Shown one piece after another: positions 11,624 through 21,743 of a stretch of 64,000 nt of DNA. This DNA comes from Escherichia coli 042 (GTDB taxonomy: Bacteria; Pseudomonadota; Gammaproteobacteria; Enterobacterales; Enterobacteriaceae). Made by a program: the position numbers and the translations under genes. The stretch lies in assembly GCF_000027125.1 (NCBI RefSeq), contig NC_017626.1. One strand, written 5' to 3'. Below the pieces are notes generated by a model, which was not told the DNA's origin, ran no database searches, and saw nothing but the letters and a program-made list of their open reading frames with translations. Numbering within the stretch: position 1 is the stretch's first letter; every line of letters begins with the position of its first letter.

Positions 11624-12976
11624 ATGACTAAACACTATGATTACATCGCCATCGGCGGCGGCAGCGGCGGTATCGCCTCCATCAACCGCGCGGCTATGTA
11701 CGGCCAGAAATGCGCGCTGATTGAAGCCAAAGAGCTGGGCGGCACCTGCGTGAACGTCGGCTGCGTACCGAAGAAAGTGATGTGGCACGCGGCGCAAATC
11801 CGTGAAGCGATCCACATGTACGGTCCGGATTATGGTTTCGATACCACTATAAATAAATTCAACTGGGAAACGTTGATCGCCAGCCGTACCGCCTATATCG
11901 ACCGTATTCATACTTCCTATGAAAACGTGCTCGGTAAAAATAACGTTGATGTAATCAAAGGCTTTGCCCGCTTCGTTGATGCCAAAACGCTGGAGGTAAA
12001 CGGCGAAACCATCACGGCCGATCATATTCTGATCGCCACCGGCGGTCGTCCGAGCCACCCGGATATTCCGGGCGTGGAATACGGTATTGATTCTGATGGC
12101 TTCTTCGCCCTTCCTGCTTTGCCAGAGCGCGTGGCGGTTGTTGGCGCGGGTTACATCGCCGTTGAGCTGGCGGGCGTGATTAACGGCCTCGGCGCGAAAA
12201 CGCATCTGTTTGTGCGTAAACATGCGCCGCTGCGCAGCTTCGACCCGATGATCTCTGAAACGCTGGTCGAAGTGATGAACGCCGAAGGCCCGCAGCTGCA
12301 CACCAACGCCATCCCGAAAGCGGTGGTGAAAAATGCTGATGGCAGCCTGACGCTGGAGCTGGAAGATGGTCGCAGTGAAACGGTAGATTGCCTGATTTGG
12401 GCGATTGGTCGCGAGCCTGCCAATGACAACATCAACCTGGAAGCCGCTGGTGTAAAAACCAACGAAAAAGGCTATATCGTCGTCGATAAATATCAAAACA
12501 CCAACGTTGAAGGTATTTACGCGGTGGGCGATAACACGGGTGCAGTGGAACTGACACCGGTGGCAGTTGCAGCGGGTCGCCGTCTCTCTGAACGCCTGTT
12601 TAATAACAAGCCTGATGAGCATCTGGATTACAGCAACATTCCGACCGTGGTCTTCAGCCATCCGCCGATTGGTACTGTTGGTTTAACGGAACCGCAGGCG
12701 CGCGAGCAGTACGGCGACGATCAGGTGAAAGTGTATAAATCCTCTTTCACCGCGATGTATACCGCCGTCACCACTCACCGCCAGCCGTGCCGCATGAAAC
12801 TGGTATGCGTTGGACCGGAAGAGAAGATTGTCGGAATTCACGGCATTGGTTTTGGTATGGATGAAATGTTGCAGGGCTTCGCGGTGGCGCTGAAGATGGG
12901 GGCGACCAAAAAAGACTTCGACAATACCGTCGCCATTCACCCGACGGCGGCAGAAGAGTTCGTGACCATGCGTTAA
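11624..12976 (+). CDS. gor: Glutathione reductase (450 aa)
   Basis: N-terminal FAD-binding GGGSGG; redox-active disulfide [13 protein letters not shown]; C-terminal dimerisation domain. Confidence 0.9.
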   Translation: MTKHYDYIAIGGGSGGIASINRAAMYGQKCALIEAKELGGTCVNVGCVPKKVMWHAAQIREAIHMYGPDYGFDTTINKFNWETLIASRTAYIDRIHTSYENVLGKNNVDVIKGFARFVDAKTLEVNGETITADHILIATGGRPSHPDIPGVEYGIDSDGFFALPALPERVAVVGAGYIAVELAGVINGLGAKTHLFVRKHAPLRSFDPMISETLVEVMNAEGPQLHTNAIPKAVVKNADGSLTLELEDGRSETVDCLIWAIGREPANDNINLEAAGVKTNEKGYIVVDKYQNTNVEGIYAVGDNTGAVELTPVAVAAGRRLSERLFNNKPDEHLDYSNIPTVVFSHPPIGTVGLTEPQAREQYGDDQVKVYKSSFTAMYTAVTTHRQPCRMKLVCVGPEEKIVGIHGIGFGMDEMLQGFAVALKMGATKKDFDNTVAIHPTAAEEFVTMR

Positions 12977-12982
12977 ATGTTA

Positions 12983-13013
12983 AAGGGCAAAGAGTGGTGT
13001 GCTCTTTGCCCTT
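12983..13013 (+). terminator. Hairpin after gor (candidate terminator)
   Basis: Inverted repeat aagggcaaagag / ctctttgccctt directly after the gor stop; no strong T-run. Confidence 0.45.
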
Positions 13014-13029
13014 AGTTACGTTTCCGCTA

Positions 13030-13113
13030 TCAGTTCAGAAGCTGAAGCAGAAAGCGGATCAGTTCCAGCAGCGCAATTAACGCCCCAAGAACGATGATTG
13101 CTTTATCAATCAC
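13030..13113 (-). CDS. dinQ: DinQ type I toxin peptide (27 aa, GTG start)
   Basis: Reverse-strand translation gives VIDKAIIVLGALIALLELIRFLLQLLN*, matching DinQ from memory; GGAG 8 nt upstream; missed by the ORF track because of its size. Confidence 0.75.
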   Translation of the reverse strand: MIDKAIIVLGALIALLELIRFLLQLLN

Positions 13114-13306
13114 CCGTTTTCTCCATGCGATGGAGTGAGAATGCATCCGCTTACTCATCCACTGCCTGTCACGGCGCATGTCTCATTGTTAGATAAGAAC
13201 TCTCTCACTCCGGCCAGAGCATCAGTTAACGGCACCACCCGTACTTCTGACCAGGACTTTGAAAGCGTTTATGCGCATTACCAGAGTGAAAATGCCTCAG
13301 AGCTAA

Positions 13307-13322
13307 CTGGATAATCATACAG
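13307..13322. promoter_or_regulatory. Candidate LexA box (CTGG-N8-ACAG) in the dinQ upstream region
   Basis: ctggataatcatacag resembles the CTGT-N8-ACAG SOS box; dinQ is damage-inducible. Confidence 0.45.
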
Positions 13323-13384
13323 TACATGCAGGTTATAAAACCAGCACGTCCTTGCAATAGTTTCAGTATGGTATTAGCATTGAT

Positions 13385-13470
13385 GCGTTAGATGATGGCA
13401 TTCTCACTCCAGCCAGAGCCACCAACTCAGGGCTGAAGAGTAAAAAAACCGACGCAAAGTCGGTTTTTTT
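13385..13470 (+). ncRNA. agrA: agrA-like small RNA (approximate ends)
   Basis: First full copy of the repeat ctctcactccagccagagccaccaactcagggctg ending in the terminator aaaaaaaccgacgcaaagtcggttttttt; the 5' end is a guess. Confidence 0.45.
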
Positions 13471-13616
13471 ACATCCGGATTCGGACAAGGCTTAATATGA
13501 CGATGACCCAGTGAAAGTATATAAATCGTCACTGCGATATATACCGAAGTGCTCCCTCCGCCAGCTGAAGAAACCGCTAATTCTTGCAATGTTAGCCACT
13601 GGCTAATAGTATTGAA

Positions 13617-13701
13617 CCGTTAGATAAGAGCTCTCTCACTCCAGCCAGAGCCACCAACTCAGGGCTGGAAAGTAAAAAACCGACGCAAAGTCGGTTTTTT
13701 T
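13617..13701 (+). ncRNA. agrB: agrB-like antisense small RNA, antitoxin for dinQ (approximate ends)
   Basis: Second copy of the same repeat and terminator (13674-13701); complementary to the partial repeat at 13190-13250 that lies inside the dinQ transcript. Confidence 0.45.
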
Positions 13702-13853
13702 ACGTCCTGATTCAGACCTCCTTTCAAATGAATACCCAACGCTTAATTCACACCTATTACCTTCCTCTGCACATACACATTCGTTAAACCATATATGTTT
13801 TTGACTTATCCGCTTCGAAGAGAGACACTACCTGCAACAATCAGGAGCGCAAT

Positions 13854-14207
13854 ATGTCATTTCTCTTACCCATCCAACTGTTCAAAATTCTTGCTGATGA
13901 GACCCGTCTGGGCATCGTTTTACTGCTAAGCGAGCTGGGAGAGTTATGTGTCTGCGATCTCTGTACTGCCCTCGATCAGTCGCAGCCCAAGATATCCCGC
14001 CACCTGGCGCTTCTTCGTGAAAGCGGGCTATTGCTGGATCGCAAGCAGGGTAAGTGGGTTCATTACCGCTTATCGCCGCATATTCCAGCATGGGCAGCGA
14101 AAATTATTGAGCAAACAAGATTAAGCCAACTGGACGACGTGCAGGCTATCGCCCGTAAGCTGGCCGCAGCCAACTGCTCTGCAGACGGTAAAGCAAGCTG
14201 CAGTTAA
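13854..14207 (+). CDS. arsR: Arsenical resistance operon repressor ArsR (117 aa)
   Basis: ArsR/SmtB HTH with the As(III)-binding ELCVCDLC motif. Confidence 0.9.
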   Translation: MSFLLPIQLFKILADETRLGIVLLLSELGELCVCDLCTALDQSQPKISRHLALLRESGLLLDRKQGKWVHYRLSPHIPAWAAKIIEQTRLSQLDDVQAIARKLAAANCSADGKASCS

Positions 14208-14254
14208 AAAATTTGCCTGGATATATATGATTTTCCGAATGTGAGGTGTCGAAG

Positions 14255-14617
14255 ATGAAGACGTTAACGGTGTTTGATCCGGCGATGTGTTGCAGTACCG
14301 GCGTCTGTGGTTCTGATGTTGATCAGGTGCTGGTCGATTTTTCCGCAGATGTGCAATGGCTGAAAAGCCGCGGTGTTCAGGTCGAACGTTACAATCTCGC
14401 GCAGCAACCGATGAGTTTCGTGCAAAACGAAAAAGCGAAAGCGTTTCTTGAGGCTTCCGGGGCGGAAGGATTGCCCTTGATCTTACTGGGAGGCGAAACC
14501 GTGATGGCGGGCCGTTATCCGAAACGCGCCGAGCTAGCCCGCTGGTTTGGGATCCCGCTGGAGAAGGTGGGGCTGGCACCAACACACTGCTGTGGCGGAA
14601 AAACCGACTGTTGTTGA
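14255..14617 (+). CDS. arsD: Arsenic metallochaperone / secondary regulator ArsD (120 aa)
   Basis: MKTLTVFDPAMCCSTGVCG with Cys12-Cys13-Cys18 and a C-terminal cysteine-rich tail; ATG at 14255 preceded by gaggtg. Confidence 0.85.
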   Translation: MKTLTVFDPAMCCSTGVCGSDVDQVLVDFSADVQWLKSRGVQVERYNLAQQPMSFVQNEKAKAFLEASGAEGLPLILLGGETVMAGRYPKRAELARWFGIPLEKVGLAPTHCCGGKTDCC

Positions 14618-14634
14618 GCCGGTCAGGGGGACAT

Positions 14635-16386
14635 ATGAAATTCTTACAGAATATCCCGCCTTATCTGTTTTTTACCGGTAAGGGAGGTGTAGGTAAAACG
14701 TCAATTTCCTGCGCAACTGCTATCCATCTGGCGGAACAGGGAAAACGGGTTCTGCTTGTCAGCACCGACCCCGCGTCGAATGTCGGTCAGGTATTTAATC
14801 AAACTATTGGTAACGCTATTACTCCTGTGACAGCGGTTCCCGATTTGTCAGCGCTGGAAATTGACCCTCAGCAAGCCGCTGAACAGTATCGGGCCAGAAT
14901 CGTTGACCCTATCAAAGGACTTCTCCCTGAGGAGGTTGTAAATAGTATACGCGAACAACTTTCGGGAGCATGTACGACAGAGATCGCGGCGTTCGATGAG
15001 TTCACCGGTTTACTGACCGATGCCTCTCTGCTGGCCCGCTTTGATCACATCATTTTTGATACCGCGCCAACGGGCCATACCATACGACTTCTGCAGCTCC
15101 CCGGTGCCTGGAGCAGTTTTATTGAAAGTAATCCCGATGGTGCCTCCTGTCTTGGCCCGATGGCTGGGCTGGAAAAACAGCGTGAGCAGTACGCTGATGC
15201 GGTAGAAGCATTATCCGATCCTGAGCGTACCCGCCTGGTGCTGGTTGCACGCCTGCAAAAATCAACATTGCAGGAAGTCGCTCGCACTCATGAAGAACTG
15301 GCAGCGATTGGTCTTAAAAATCAGTATCTGGTGATCAACGGCGTATTGCCTGAGTCCGGGCAGCAAAATGACCCACTAGCAATGGCAATAGTTCAGCGTG
15401 AGCAGGAAGCCCTGGTAAATTTACCCGCCGGTTTATCGACCATTCCAGCAGATACCCTCTTTCTTCAACCGGTGAACATGGTTGGCGTGCCTGCATTAAA
15501 AGGTCTTTTTAATACCCGTTTCGAGCCTGCCCCACTCTCTGGCCAGGTGCGCCAGCAATTCTCTGAAAACATGTCATTCTCTGAGTTAGTGAATGATATT
15601 GCCCGCAGTGAACACGGTCTGATCATGCTGATGGGAAAAGGCGGCGTGGGGAAAACCACAATGGCCGCAGCTATCGCCGTCAGGCTGGCAGATATGGGAT
15701 TCGATGTGCATCTTACAACCTCCGATCCTGCTGCCCACATTAACACTACCCTAAACGGCACACTTAACAACCTACAGGTCAGCAGGATCAATCCGCAGGA
15801 AGAGACCGAGCGCTATCGCCAGCATGTCCTTGAGACAAAGGGAAAAGATCTCGATGAAGCGGGGAAACGACTGCTGGAAGAGGATTTACGCTCTCCCTGC
15901 ACCGAAGAGATTGCTGTATTTCAGGCGTTCTCGCGCGTGATCCGTGAGGCGGGTAAACGTTTTGTGGTGATGGATACCGCACCAACCGGTCACACGCTGT
16001 TACTGCTGGATGCCACCGGGGCTTATCACCGTGAAATTGCGAAAAAAATGGGCGAAAAAGGTCACTTTACTACGCCAATGATGCAACTTCAGGATCCGCA
16101 ACGCACCAAAGTGCTGCTGGTTACGCTGCCTGAAACCACACCCGTACTGGAAGCGGCTAATTTGCAGGCCGATCTTAAACGCGCAGGGATTCATCCCTGG
16201 GGCTGGATAATCAATAACTGCCTTTCTATTGCGGAAACTCGTTCGTCGCTACTGTGTCAGCGAGCAACGCAGGAACGACCACAAATTGAGGCGGTGATGG
16301 CCCGACATGCTAAGCGTGTAGCGCTGGTCCCTCTATTCGCACAAGAACCTACGGGTATCGAAAAACTCAGAAAGCTGGCAAGTTAA
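14635..16386 (+). CDS. arsA: Arsenite-stimulated ATPase ArsA (583 aa)
   Basis: Two homologous halves each with a P-loop (GKGGVGKTS, GKGGVGKTT) and DTAPTGHT signature. Confidence 0.9.
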   Translation: MKFLQNIPPYLFFTGKGGVGKTSISCATAIHLAEQGKRVLLVSTDPASNVGQVFNQTIGNAITPVTAVPDLSALEIDPQQAAEQYRARIVDPIKGLLPEEVVNSIREQLSGACTTEIAAFDEFTGLLTDASLLARFDHIIFDTAPTGHTIRLLQLPGAWSSFIESNPDGASCLGPMAGLEKQREQYADAVEALSDPERTRLVLVARLQKSTLQEVARTHEELAAIGLKNQYLVINGVLPESGQQNDPLAMAIVQREQEALVNLPAGLSTIPADTLFLQPVNMVGVPALKGLFNTRFEPAPLSGQVRQQFSENMSFSELVNDIARSEHGLIMLMGKGGVGKTTMAAAIAVRLADMGFDVHLTTSDPAAHINTTLNGTLNNLQVSRINPQEETERYRQHVLETKGKDLDEAGKRLLEEDLRSPCTEEIAVFQAFSRVIREAGKRFVVMDTAPTGHTLLLLDATGAYHREIAKKMGEKGHFTTPMMQLQDPQRTKVLLVTLPETTPVLEAANLQADLKRAGIHPWGWIINNCLSIAETRSSLLCQRATQERPQIEAVMARHAKRVALVPLFAQEPTGIEKLRKLAS

Positions 16387-16428
16387 TTTTTTATACAGGG
16401 CGACCATGTCGCCCTGTCAGGAGGGTGT

Positions 16429-17718
16429 ATGTTACTGGCAGGCGCTATTTTTGTCCTGACCATCGTATTGGTTATCTGGCAGCCGAAAGGTTTAGGCATC
16501 GGCTGGAGTGCAACGCTCGGCGCGGTACTGGCGTTGCTTACGGGCGTGGTTCATCCGGGTGATATTCCGGTGGTGTGGAATATCGTCTGGAACGCGACGG
16601 CGGCGTTTATTGCCGTCATTATCATCAGCCTGCTGCTGGATGAGTCCGGCTTTTTTGAATGGGCGGCGCTGCACGTCTCACGCTGGGGCAATGGACGCGG
16701 TCGCTTGCTGTTCACCTGGATTGTCCTGCTCGGTGCCGCCGTTGCAGCTCTGTTTGCCAATGATGGCGCGGCGCTGATTTTAACGCCAATTGTCATCGCC
16801 ATGCTGCTGGCTTTAGGATTCAGTAAAGGCACTACGCTTGCGTTTGTGATGGCGGCCGGGTTCATTGCCGATACCGCCAGCCTGCCGCTTATTGTCTCCA
16901 ACCTGGTGAATATCGTTTCCGCAGATTTCTTTGGCCTCGGCTTTCGCGAATACGCATCGGTGATGGTGCCGGTGGATATCGCCGCAATTGTTGCCACGCT
17001 GGTGATGTTGCATCTTTATTTCCGCAAAGATATTCCGCAGAACTACGACATGGCGCTGCTGAAATCGCCCGCAGAAGCGATTAAAGATCCTGCTACGTTC
17101 AAAACTGGCTGGTTTGTTTTACTGTTTCTGCTGGTGGGATTTTTCGTCCTGGAACCGCTCGGCATTCCGGTAAGCGCCATTGCGGCAGTGGGCGCGCTGA
17201 TATTATTTGCCGTCGCTAAACGCGGTCATGCAATTAATACGGGTAAAGTCCTGCGCGGTGCGCCCTGGCAGATTGTCATCTTCTCGCTCGGCATGTATCT
17301 GGTGGTTTATGGCCTGCGCAATGCCGGACTAACGGAATATCTTTCTGGCGTACTCAACGTGCTGGCGGAAAACGGCCTGTGGGCCGCGACGCTCGGCACC
17401 GGATTCCTCACCGCCTTCCTCTCTTCTATTATGAACAATATGCCGACGGTACTGGTTGGCGCGTTGTCCATTGATGGCAGCACGGCATCTGGCGTTATCA
17501 AAGAAGCGATGGTTTATGCCAACGTGATTGGCTGCGATTTGGGACCGAAAATTACCCCAATTGGTAGCCTGGCTACGCTACTCTGGCTGCACGTACTTTC
17601 GCAGAAGAATATGACTATCAGCTGGGGATATTACTTCCGTACAGGAATTATCATGACCCTGCCGGTGCTTTTTGTGACGCTGGCTGCGCTGGCGCTACGC
17701 CTCTCTTTCACTTTGTAA
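16429..17718 (+). CDS. arsB: Arsenite efflux pump ArsB (429 aa)
   Basis: 12-TM membrane protein of ArsB length, immediately after arsA. Confidence 0.9.
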   Translation: MLLAGAIFVLTIVLVIWQPKGLGIGWSATLGAVLALLTGVVHPGDIPVVWNIVWNATAAFIAVIIISLLLDESGFFEWAALHVSRWGNGRGRLLFTWIVLLGAAVAALFANDGAALILTPIVIAMLLALGFSKGTTLAFVMAAGFIADTASLPLIVSNLVNIVSADFFGLGFREYASVMVPVDIAAIVATLVMLHLYFRKDIPQNYDMALLKSPAEAIKDPATFKTGWFVLLFLLVGFFVLEPLGIPVSAIAAVGALILFAVAKRGHAINTGKVLRGAPWQIVIFSLGMYLVVYGLRNAGLTEYLSGVLNVLAENGLWAATLGTGFLTAFLSSIMNNMPTVLVGALSIDGSTASGVIKEAMVYANVIGCDLGPKITPIGSLATLLWLHVLSQKNMTISWGYYFRTGIIMTLPVLFVTLAALALRLSFTL

Positions 17719-17730
17719 TGAGATATTGAT

Positions 17731-18156
17731 ATGAGCAACATTACCATTTATCACAACCCGGCCTGCGGTACGTCGCGTAATACGCTGGAGATGATCCGCA
17801 ACAGCGGTACAGAACCGACCATTATCTATTATCTGGAAACACCGCCAACGCGCGATGAGCTGGTCAAACTCATTGCCGATATGGGGATTTCCGTACGCGC
17901 GCTGTTGCGTAAAAACGTCGAGCCGTATGAGGAACTGGGCCTTGCAGAAGATAAATTTACTGACGATCGGCTAATCGACTTTATGCTTCAGCACCCGATT
18001 CTGATTAATCGCCCGATTGTGGTGACGCCGCTGGGAACTCGCCTGTGCCGCCCTTCAGAAGTGGTGCTGGAAATTCTGCCAGATGCGCAACAACGCGCGT
18101 TCACCAAGGAAGATGGCGAGAAAGTGGTTGATGAAGCGGGTAAACGCCTGAAATAA
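17731..18156 (+). CDS. arsC: Arsenate reductase ArsC (glutaredoxin-coupled, 141 aa)
   Basis: Catalytic Cys12 context HNPACGTSRN; length 141 aa. Confidence 0.9.
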   Translation: MSNITIYHNPACGTSRNTLEMIRNSGTEPTIIYYLETPPTRDELVKLIADMGISVRALLRKNVEPYEELGLAEDKFTDDRLIDFMLQHPILINRPIVVTPLGTRLCRPSEVVLEILPDAQQRAFTKEDGEKVVDEAGKRLK

Positions 18157-18201
18157 AGCGGCGATATCCACTGCCGATAGTTGGTAAAGTGCGCTTCGTT
18201 T

Positions 18202-18296
18202 ATGTCGGATGCGACGCTAACGCGTCTTATCCGACCTACAAAACCGTGCAAATTCAATATATGGCATGAAATCTGTAGCGCGTAGCGCATCAGGCA
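18202..18296. repeat. REP-like palindromic units downstream of arsC
   Basis: atgtcggatgcgacgctaacgcgtcttatccgacctac and gtagcgcgtagcgcatcaggc resemble the REP consensus. Confidence 0.5.
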
Positions 18297-18586
18297 ATTT
18301 TGCTATTTACGCAGCACTCCTCGCGTAAGAATTCAATTATCGCTTCCAGCATTGCGTATTGCGAAACACACATCAGCGTCCGACTCTCACGGTTTTGTTT
18401 GACCAGCCCTACCGATACCAGTGCTGAAATATGGTGACTGAGTGTAGAGCCGGGTATCCCAAGCTGCTTTTGCAACTCACCGACCGGCAAACCTTGTTCC
18501 CCCGCTTTGACCAGGTGTTTGAATATGAACAAACGGGTCGGGTGACCTAGCTCTTTCAGCGCTTTAGCAACTTCTTCCAACTGCAT
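18290..18586 (-). CDS. ArsR/SmtB-family metalloregulator (98 aa), divergent from the downstream permease
   Basis: Winged-helix sequence LGHPTRLFIFKHLVKAGEQGLPVGELQKQLGIPGSTLSHHISALVSVGLV; cysteines near the C-terminus (MCVSQ, ECC). Confidence 0.75.
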   Translation of the reverse strand: MQLEEVAKALKELGHPTRLFIFKHLVKAGEQGLPVGELQKQLGIPGSTLSHHISALVSVGLVKQNRESRTLMCVSQYAMLEAIIEFLREECCVNSKIA

Positions 18587-18693
18587 ATGACACCCCCTTT
18601 GTCTGGTTGATATTTCGATAATACCAGAAATATCTTGATCTGAATTTCATTTCGATTATTCTGGAAATATGGATTCATTCAATGAGGTTACGT

Positions 18694-19695
18694 ATGAGTA
18701 GTTGGCTTGCGATGCTGCAAGATGCCGCAGAGATGTTTGTGTTTCTCGCCGTCGAGCTTTCTTTGCTGTTTATAGTGATTAGTGCCGGTGTCAGCCTGAT
18801 AAGACAAAAGGTGCCAGACCATAAAATCCAGCAGATGATGGGGGCCAGAAAAGGGAGAGGCTATCTCCTGGCGGCTCTGTTGGGAGCCGTTACCCCGTTC
18901 TGTAGTTGCTCGACAATCCCCATGTTACGTGGATTGTTGTCAGCGAAAGCCGGGTTCGGTCCGACCCTCACTTTTTTATTTGTTTCACCGTTACTTAATC
19001 CCATTATCGTCGGACTAATGTGGGTAACCTTTGGCTGGAAAGTTACCTTGTTGTACGCGATTATCGCCGCCGGCATCTCCGTACTTGCCAGTATTATCCT
19101 CGATTCTCTGGGGTTTGAACGTCATATCATTGCCAGTAAAAGCTCATCAGCAAATTGTTGTGCTCCAGCCAAAACTTCGCCAGGGACGACATATACGCCC
19201 ATAAAAGTGAGTTGCTGTAGTCCAGCGGCTAAAGTCATTGAGAAACCCGCAGTTAACTGTTGCAGTACCAAAGCAGTGGCAAGTATTAATCCCATAAAAT
19301 TAGCCATCAAAGATGCATTGCAGCAGTTTAAAGACGTACTGCCATATCTTGTGTTAGGGGTATTACTAGGCTCTTTTATTTATGGCTTTATCCCCTCACA
19401 GTGGATTGCCGCTCATGCAGGGGCAGATAATCCCTTCGCCATCCCATTGAGCGCCGTTGTCGGAATTCCGCTGTATATCCGGGCAGAGGCGGTTATCCCT
19501 CTGGCATCTGTTCTGATGACAAAAGGAATGGGTCTGGGAGCATTAATGGCATTAATCATCGGCAGTGCCGGAGCAAGCCTGACGGAAGTGATATTACTTA
19601 AATCAATGTTCAGAATACCGATGATAGTTGCATTCCTGACGGTTATATTAGGTATGGCTATCTTGATGGGCTATTTGACTCAAATGCTATTTTAA
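18694..19695 (+). CDS. Permease with a cysteine-rich central loop (ArsP / DUF318-like, ~333 aa)
   Basis: TM helices including a TPFCSCS motif flank a hydrophilic loop with three CC pairs (ANCCAP, VSCCSP, VNCCST); start set at the second ATG, which has GAGG upstream. Confidence 0.7.
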   Translation: MSSWLAMLQDAAEMFVFLAVELSLLFIVISAGVSLIRQKVPDHKIQQMMGARKGRGYLLAALLGAVTPFCSCSTIPMLRGLLSAKAGFGPTLTFLFVSPLLNPIIVGLMWVTFGWKVTLLYAIIAAGISVLASIILDSLGFERHIIASKSSSANCCAPAKTSPGTTYTPIKVSCCSPAAKVIEKPAVNCCSTKAVASINPIKLAIKDALQQFKDVLPYLVLGVLLGSFIYGFIPSQWIAAHAGADNPFAIPLSAVVGIPLYIRAEAVIPLASVLMTKGMGLGALMALIIGSAGASLTEVILLKSMFRIPMIVAFLTVILGMAILMGYLTQMLF

Positions 19696-20275
19696 ATAGA
19701 TGCCAGCAGTAAACTATAAGGAGCATTGTGAGTGCCTTATCCTTCTGAGTAGAAAATCATAGATAGGATAATCCTTAAAAATCACAAATAACTTAACTAA
19801 TGCTTTGAGAATGATGACGGATCCGTCAGTAAGTCATCAATCGACAATCACCACGCAATCATGCTTCTCTGACATTTTATCGGAGAAGCAATGTCTCTTT
19901 GTTTCAGTGCTATCCCCCCTTTTAAAGGGCAGATTTCAGTCGCCAATACAACACATTTTTAAATACACTTTAACCTGGTTCATTATTACACATCTAAAAC
20001 ATCACAAAAATATCACTTCACACACTATCGGTGAACATCATAACTTTTTAAAATGAGCGCTTTTTGATAGTTGTTAACGTTTTCCTTTACGATACTATCA
20101 CTGCCCTTTTTTTATACACAAATATTACCGGGTGGAGATAAAAGGGAAATCAAAGGTAATTATATCAGGAAGAGATAACGCATTACATTTATTGTGTGTA
20201 GAAGAAAATCCATTCCTGTTCTAATTATCCAATTTAAACATCTTAGCATAAAACAAATGATGAATAAGGAATTTT

Positions 20276-21499
20276 ATGTCAATTGACTTTACCCCAGGTA
20301 TGATAAATACATATCACGGCGATATTTATAACCGCACAACAGATACCGACAATGTTAAAACACCAGACACACCGATGTGGCCTTGTGATAATCAGGAAGA
20401 ACAGCAGCCCATTAATTTTTCATTGTCTGAAGAAGGATATAACGCTGAACAATTTGATTTAGCGCAACAACAACTCCAACAAATTAATGCGTACCACACG
20501 AACACCACATATACAAATGCAGACTACTCAAAAATTGTGGCTCAAATTGTAAGTCTTATTAATAACATTGAAACGATAAGTTCGACACCACTTACGCAAC
20601 AGACACAATCAATACTTAATCAGATTAATAACATTAGATACGAAAAGAATAAAAATTCTGAATGTCGAATCATTGTTGTCGCTAATCCTAAACCCGACAA
20701 GGCAATCATAACTAAAATTAGCGTAGAAGAGGGAATACCAGTAAGATTCAGTGTCCAAACCATGTTTTCAGATACTAATTTTATTACTGAACAACGAGCT
20801 GACTTACCGACTAATATAAAAGATATTCAAAGCCTGTATCAAAAAATGACGAAGTTATATATTGAGCACAGTGAAAATAAAAACAGGATGAAAGTCTTTG
20901 CCGGAACCAACTTTATTGATTTCAATATGACAGGACAGAACCTGTCCGGGTTCGTTCTAACCTTGTCAAGGTTTTATTTCGAAGATCTACTTAATATAAA
21001 TTTCACTGACGCAAATTTAGGTGACGCTATTTTTTCACATAAAGAACACCCTACCCCAAAATTATATAAAGACGAACAATACCTTGACAAACAAATCGAA
21101 GGTTTATTTTCAACATTATTAACCATTAATGACAACTTTTTACGAGCAAAAGCGGAAATTGCTTCGACAATAATTAAATTCTTAGAGGCCAGGATAACCA
21201 ATATTTCATACAATGACATATTAAAATATCAGAAAGAATTCCAAAAGCAATGTTATAAGCAAGTTAAAGCCTTTACGACACTCTCCCGATACAATAAAAT
21301 TCAAACATGGGCAGAAATGTCTGAATATCAATTCGAAGTATTTCAATACGAGATGCTTAACCCCAAAAAAATGTCATACGCACCTTATTTAAAGAGATCG
21401 CTACCTGATGAAAAAACTATAAATTATGGGGTGGAAATAGAAACACCAACTGGCAAAAGAATTCGCTTATCAAATCATTACCAGAATATAATCCCATAA
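20276..21499 (+). CDS. yhiS: Pentapeptide-repeat protein, intact YhiS-like (407 aa)
   Basis: AT-rich ORF with about 10 consecutive period-5 repeats ([45 protein letters not shown]); position matches yhiS. Confidence 0.7.
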   Translation: MSIDFTPGMINTYHGDIYNRTTDTDNVKTPDTPMWPCDNQEEQQPINFSLSEEGYNAEQFDLAQQQLQQINAYHTNTTYTNADYSKIVAQIVSLINNIETISSTPLTQQTQSILNQINNIRYEKNKNSECRIIVVANPKPDKAIITKISVEEGIPVRFSVQTMFSDTNFITEQRADLPTNIKDIQSLYQKMTKLYIEHSENKNRMKVFAGTNFIDFNMTGQNLSGFVLTLSRFYFEDLLNINFTDANLGDAIFSHKEHPTPKLYKDEQYLDKQIEGLFSTLLTINDNFLRAKAEIASTIIKFLEARITNISYNDILKYQKEFQKQCYKQVKAFTTLSRYNKIQTWAEMSEYQFEVFQYEMLNPKKMSYAPYLKRSLPDEKTINYGVEIETPTGKRIRLSNHYQNIIP

Positions 21500-21743
21500 T
21501 ATGAACATTAGCACTTTATAATCATTGAATAAAAATAGATTTTATGTACCTTTAAAAAAAGGCTATTTTATGGGGCGATGGATACTCATGTCACGCCCCA
21601 AAATTAACAGAATTAAACTAAACAGAAGGGATATAAACATCAGACAGGTTTACGTTACTATCAGGCATATCGCCTCAGAATCAGATGAAAACTATAAAGA
21701 AATATCTATTATGGTTTTAATATTTGTTGATAAGGATAGTAAC

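Noticed and set aside
11282-12661. 459-aa minus-strand ORF antisense to gor
   Set aside because: It lies entirely within the well-supported gor gene on the opposite strand; long antisense ORFs are common in GC-rich coding DNA, and it has no RBS or recognisable domain.
13404-13589. 61-aa minus-strand ORF in the gor-arsR intergenic region
   Set aside because: It overlaps the agr repeat and terminator region; the real coding gene here is the 27-aa dinQ.
16551-16997. 148-aa minus-strand ORF inside arsB
   Set aside because: Antisense to the arsB membrane protein with an Ala/Ser-rich shadow translation.
19805-20056. 83-aa ORF in the AT-rich spacer upstream of yhiS
   Set aside because: No RBS and low-complexity sequence; more likely promoter or leader DNA for yhiS.
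21525-21743. N-terminal extension of the slp ORF (261 aa from the first ATG)
   Set aside because: The signal peptide and lipobox begin at the internal ATG at 21744, which has a good RBS; the extension is AT-rich leader sequence.
21500-21743. Expected IS5 (insH) insertion between yhiS and slp, as in K-12
   Set aside because: No transposase ORF or IS terminal repeats are present; yhiS is intact, so no mobile element is called.
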